A DNA stretch of 63,875 nt, filler included, from Octopus bimaculoides (lineage: Eukaryota), in NCBI RefSeq assembly GCF_001194135.2. It is 7 parts of 6 records of this genome, joined end to end, with 100 filler letters (N's around TTAATTAATTAA, not from the genome) between each part and the next. Parts side by side here need not be neighbours in the genome. Positions count along the whole stretch, not along the records: positions 61,125 to 63,875 come from NC_068984.1; 6 more parts are not named here. One strand, given 5' to 3'. Position numbers and translations under genes: made by a program. The stretch's first letter is position 1, and every line of letters begins with the position of its first letter. Below the pieces are notes generated by a model that was not told where the DNA came from, made no database searches, and was given only the letters and a program-made list of their open reading frames with translations. Below, piece by piece: positions 62,001 to 63,875 of the stretch.

Positions 62001-63310
62001 TTGGTAAGTTATTACCAGTTGTGCATACCTAAAATGTATGAGCTAAGAGCTCCGTTGAATAAGTTGCTAAAGAAGGACTCGAAATGGAGTTGGACAAACG
62101 AATGCCAGGAATCATTCGAGGAATTAAAAAAGCGGTTAACATCAGAATTATCATTAACTCATTTCGACCCAAATCTGAAAATAATTGTGGCATCGGATAC
62201 CAGTGAATATGGTATAGGAGCTGTGATATTGCATAAATTTAATGATGGTTAAATCAAAGCTGTTGCACATGCATCGAGAGTTCTATTACCAGCGGAAAGA
62301 AACTACAGCCAGATTGATAAAGAGGCGTTAGAATTAATCTTTGCAGTAAAAAAAAATCCATAAATTCATACATGGGAGGAAGTTTACACTGCAAACGGAT
62401 CACCGGCCGTTATTGTCTATTTTTGGTTCGAAAAAGGGTATACCCACGCATTCAGCAAACCGCTTACAGCGCTGGGGGACTACTCTGTTGAAATACGATT
62501 TCCAGATGGAGTTTTTGCCATCAATGAAAATGGGACACGCAGACGGGTTGCCTAGGCTACTTCCAAAATATCAGGAACCTTTTGAAGACACGGTGATTGC
62601 ATCGTTAAAACTAGAAATGGAACTGAAGAACATTTTGTGCAATGTAGTACGTGATTTGCCGGTAACGCTGGTAGAAATTAAATTGAAATCGGGAAATGAT
62701 AGGTTCATAAATAAGATTTTTTAAATGTTGAGTAACACGGAAAAATATAAATGAGCGGGACGCAGGTTCAAAGCACTATTCAGTATGTGATGAGGTATTA
62801 TTATATGCACAAAGAGTGGTAATACCTGAAGCGCTACAATACAGAGTATTAAAAGACTTTCATGTAGGACATCAGGGGATTGTCAGGATGAAGAGCCTCA
62901 TGAGAAATTACATTTATTGGCCAAATATGGACAAGCAAATTGAGAGACTGGTAAAACAGTATAGGGGATGCGCTATGACAGCAGAGGCACCCCCAGTGCA
63001 GATTCAACCATGGCCAAAAACAGATTCGGCATAGTCTAGACTACATGTGGTTTTCGCAGGACCAATAAATGGCTCTCATTATATCATTGTGGTGGATAAC
63101 TATTCCAAATGGCCTGAAGTGTGTAAATATTCAAGTGTGACTATTGACTCCTTGGAAGAACTGTTCGCTCGTTATGGAGTGCCAGATACGATCGTGTCAG
63201 ATAATGGTACACAATTCACCGCGAAGGAGTTCGAGAGATTCTGTAAGTCGGTTCAGATGAAGCATGTATTAACTCCGCCATACCATCCAAGGTCAAATGG
63301 GTTATCGTAA
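62001..63310 (+). mobile_element. Ty3/Gypsy pol relic: RT C-terminus, RNase H, integrase (inactivated)
   Basis: APLNKLLKK, ASDTSEYGIGAV, NYSQIDKEAL, TDHRPL, NRLQRW, HVGHQGIVRMK...YWPNMD, VDNYSKWPE, IVSDNGTQF, PPYHPRSNG; stops and frameshifts; truncated at (TA)n. Confidence 0.97.
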
Positions 63311-63875
63311 ATATATATATACATATCCATTACACCACCTATCCTCGTCTGTTGTTGTTTTTTTCGTAAATTCTCCCGTATATATNNNNNNNNNNNNNNN
63401 NNNNNNNNNNNNNNNNNNNNNNNNNNNNNNNNNNNNNNNNNNNNNNNNNNNNNNNNNNNNNNNNNNNNNNNNNNNNNNATATATATATATTAATATATAT
63501 ATATGTATATATTTATATTTAACAAAACAGGGGGTTGTTGCATATTCCGCAGTTAGGAGGTTGCACTTTTTGACTTGCGGGGTTGTATTTGGTGGGTAAT
63601 TTGGCGCTGACTCCCCTCCTCTCCTCTCTTCATCTGACACCTACTTCCTCTCTTCACTCCTACCCACCTTCTCTCTTCATTGATACCTCAATTCCACATC
63701 CCACCCCACACATCCGACTCCCACATACCCATCCCTATCCCACATCATCATCCCACATCCTCAACTCCCAGATCCTGAGCCCCACATCCTCACCCCATCC
63801 CCACATCCTCATCCTAATCCCACTCTACCTCCTCACCCCAAACCCACACCCCCACCCTCACGTCCCCACAGCCCC

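Noticed and set aside
63630-63875. Pro/His-rich open frame running off the window end
   Set aside because: C-rich low-complexity DNA lacks stops by composition; no start or acceptor evidence.

Overview
AT-rich, repeat-saturated eukaryotic genomic DNA with many N gaps. The SINE families look cephalopod (Octopus-like), which is an inference from remembered repeat consensus sequences. One complete gene is well supported: two-exon XRCC2 (13911-13943 + 15043-15948, + strand), whose first exon the ORF track misses. A divergent minus-strand gene for a small Cys-rich protein is partly resolved (exons 8016-8103 and 5881-5950), and a palindromic E2F site lies between the two genes. The rest is transposon relics (two Gypsy, two RLE-type non-LTR, two RTE, Penelope-like, mariner/Tc1, MITEs), several tRNA-derived SINE families, a 5S rRNA pseudogene and microsatellites. 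The most unusual structures are: a 320-bp palindrome made of two head-to-head minimal hammerhead-ribozyme motifs (41.5-41.8 kb); a TIR element flanked by a 31-bp direct repeat of a hairpin target (21.55-22.16 kb); and a 112-bp tandem array built from SINE tRNA heads (32.3-33.0 kb). Almost all other ORFs in the track are microsatellite, gap or repeat artefacts. Repeat boundaries are approximate unless a TSD or TIR is given.
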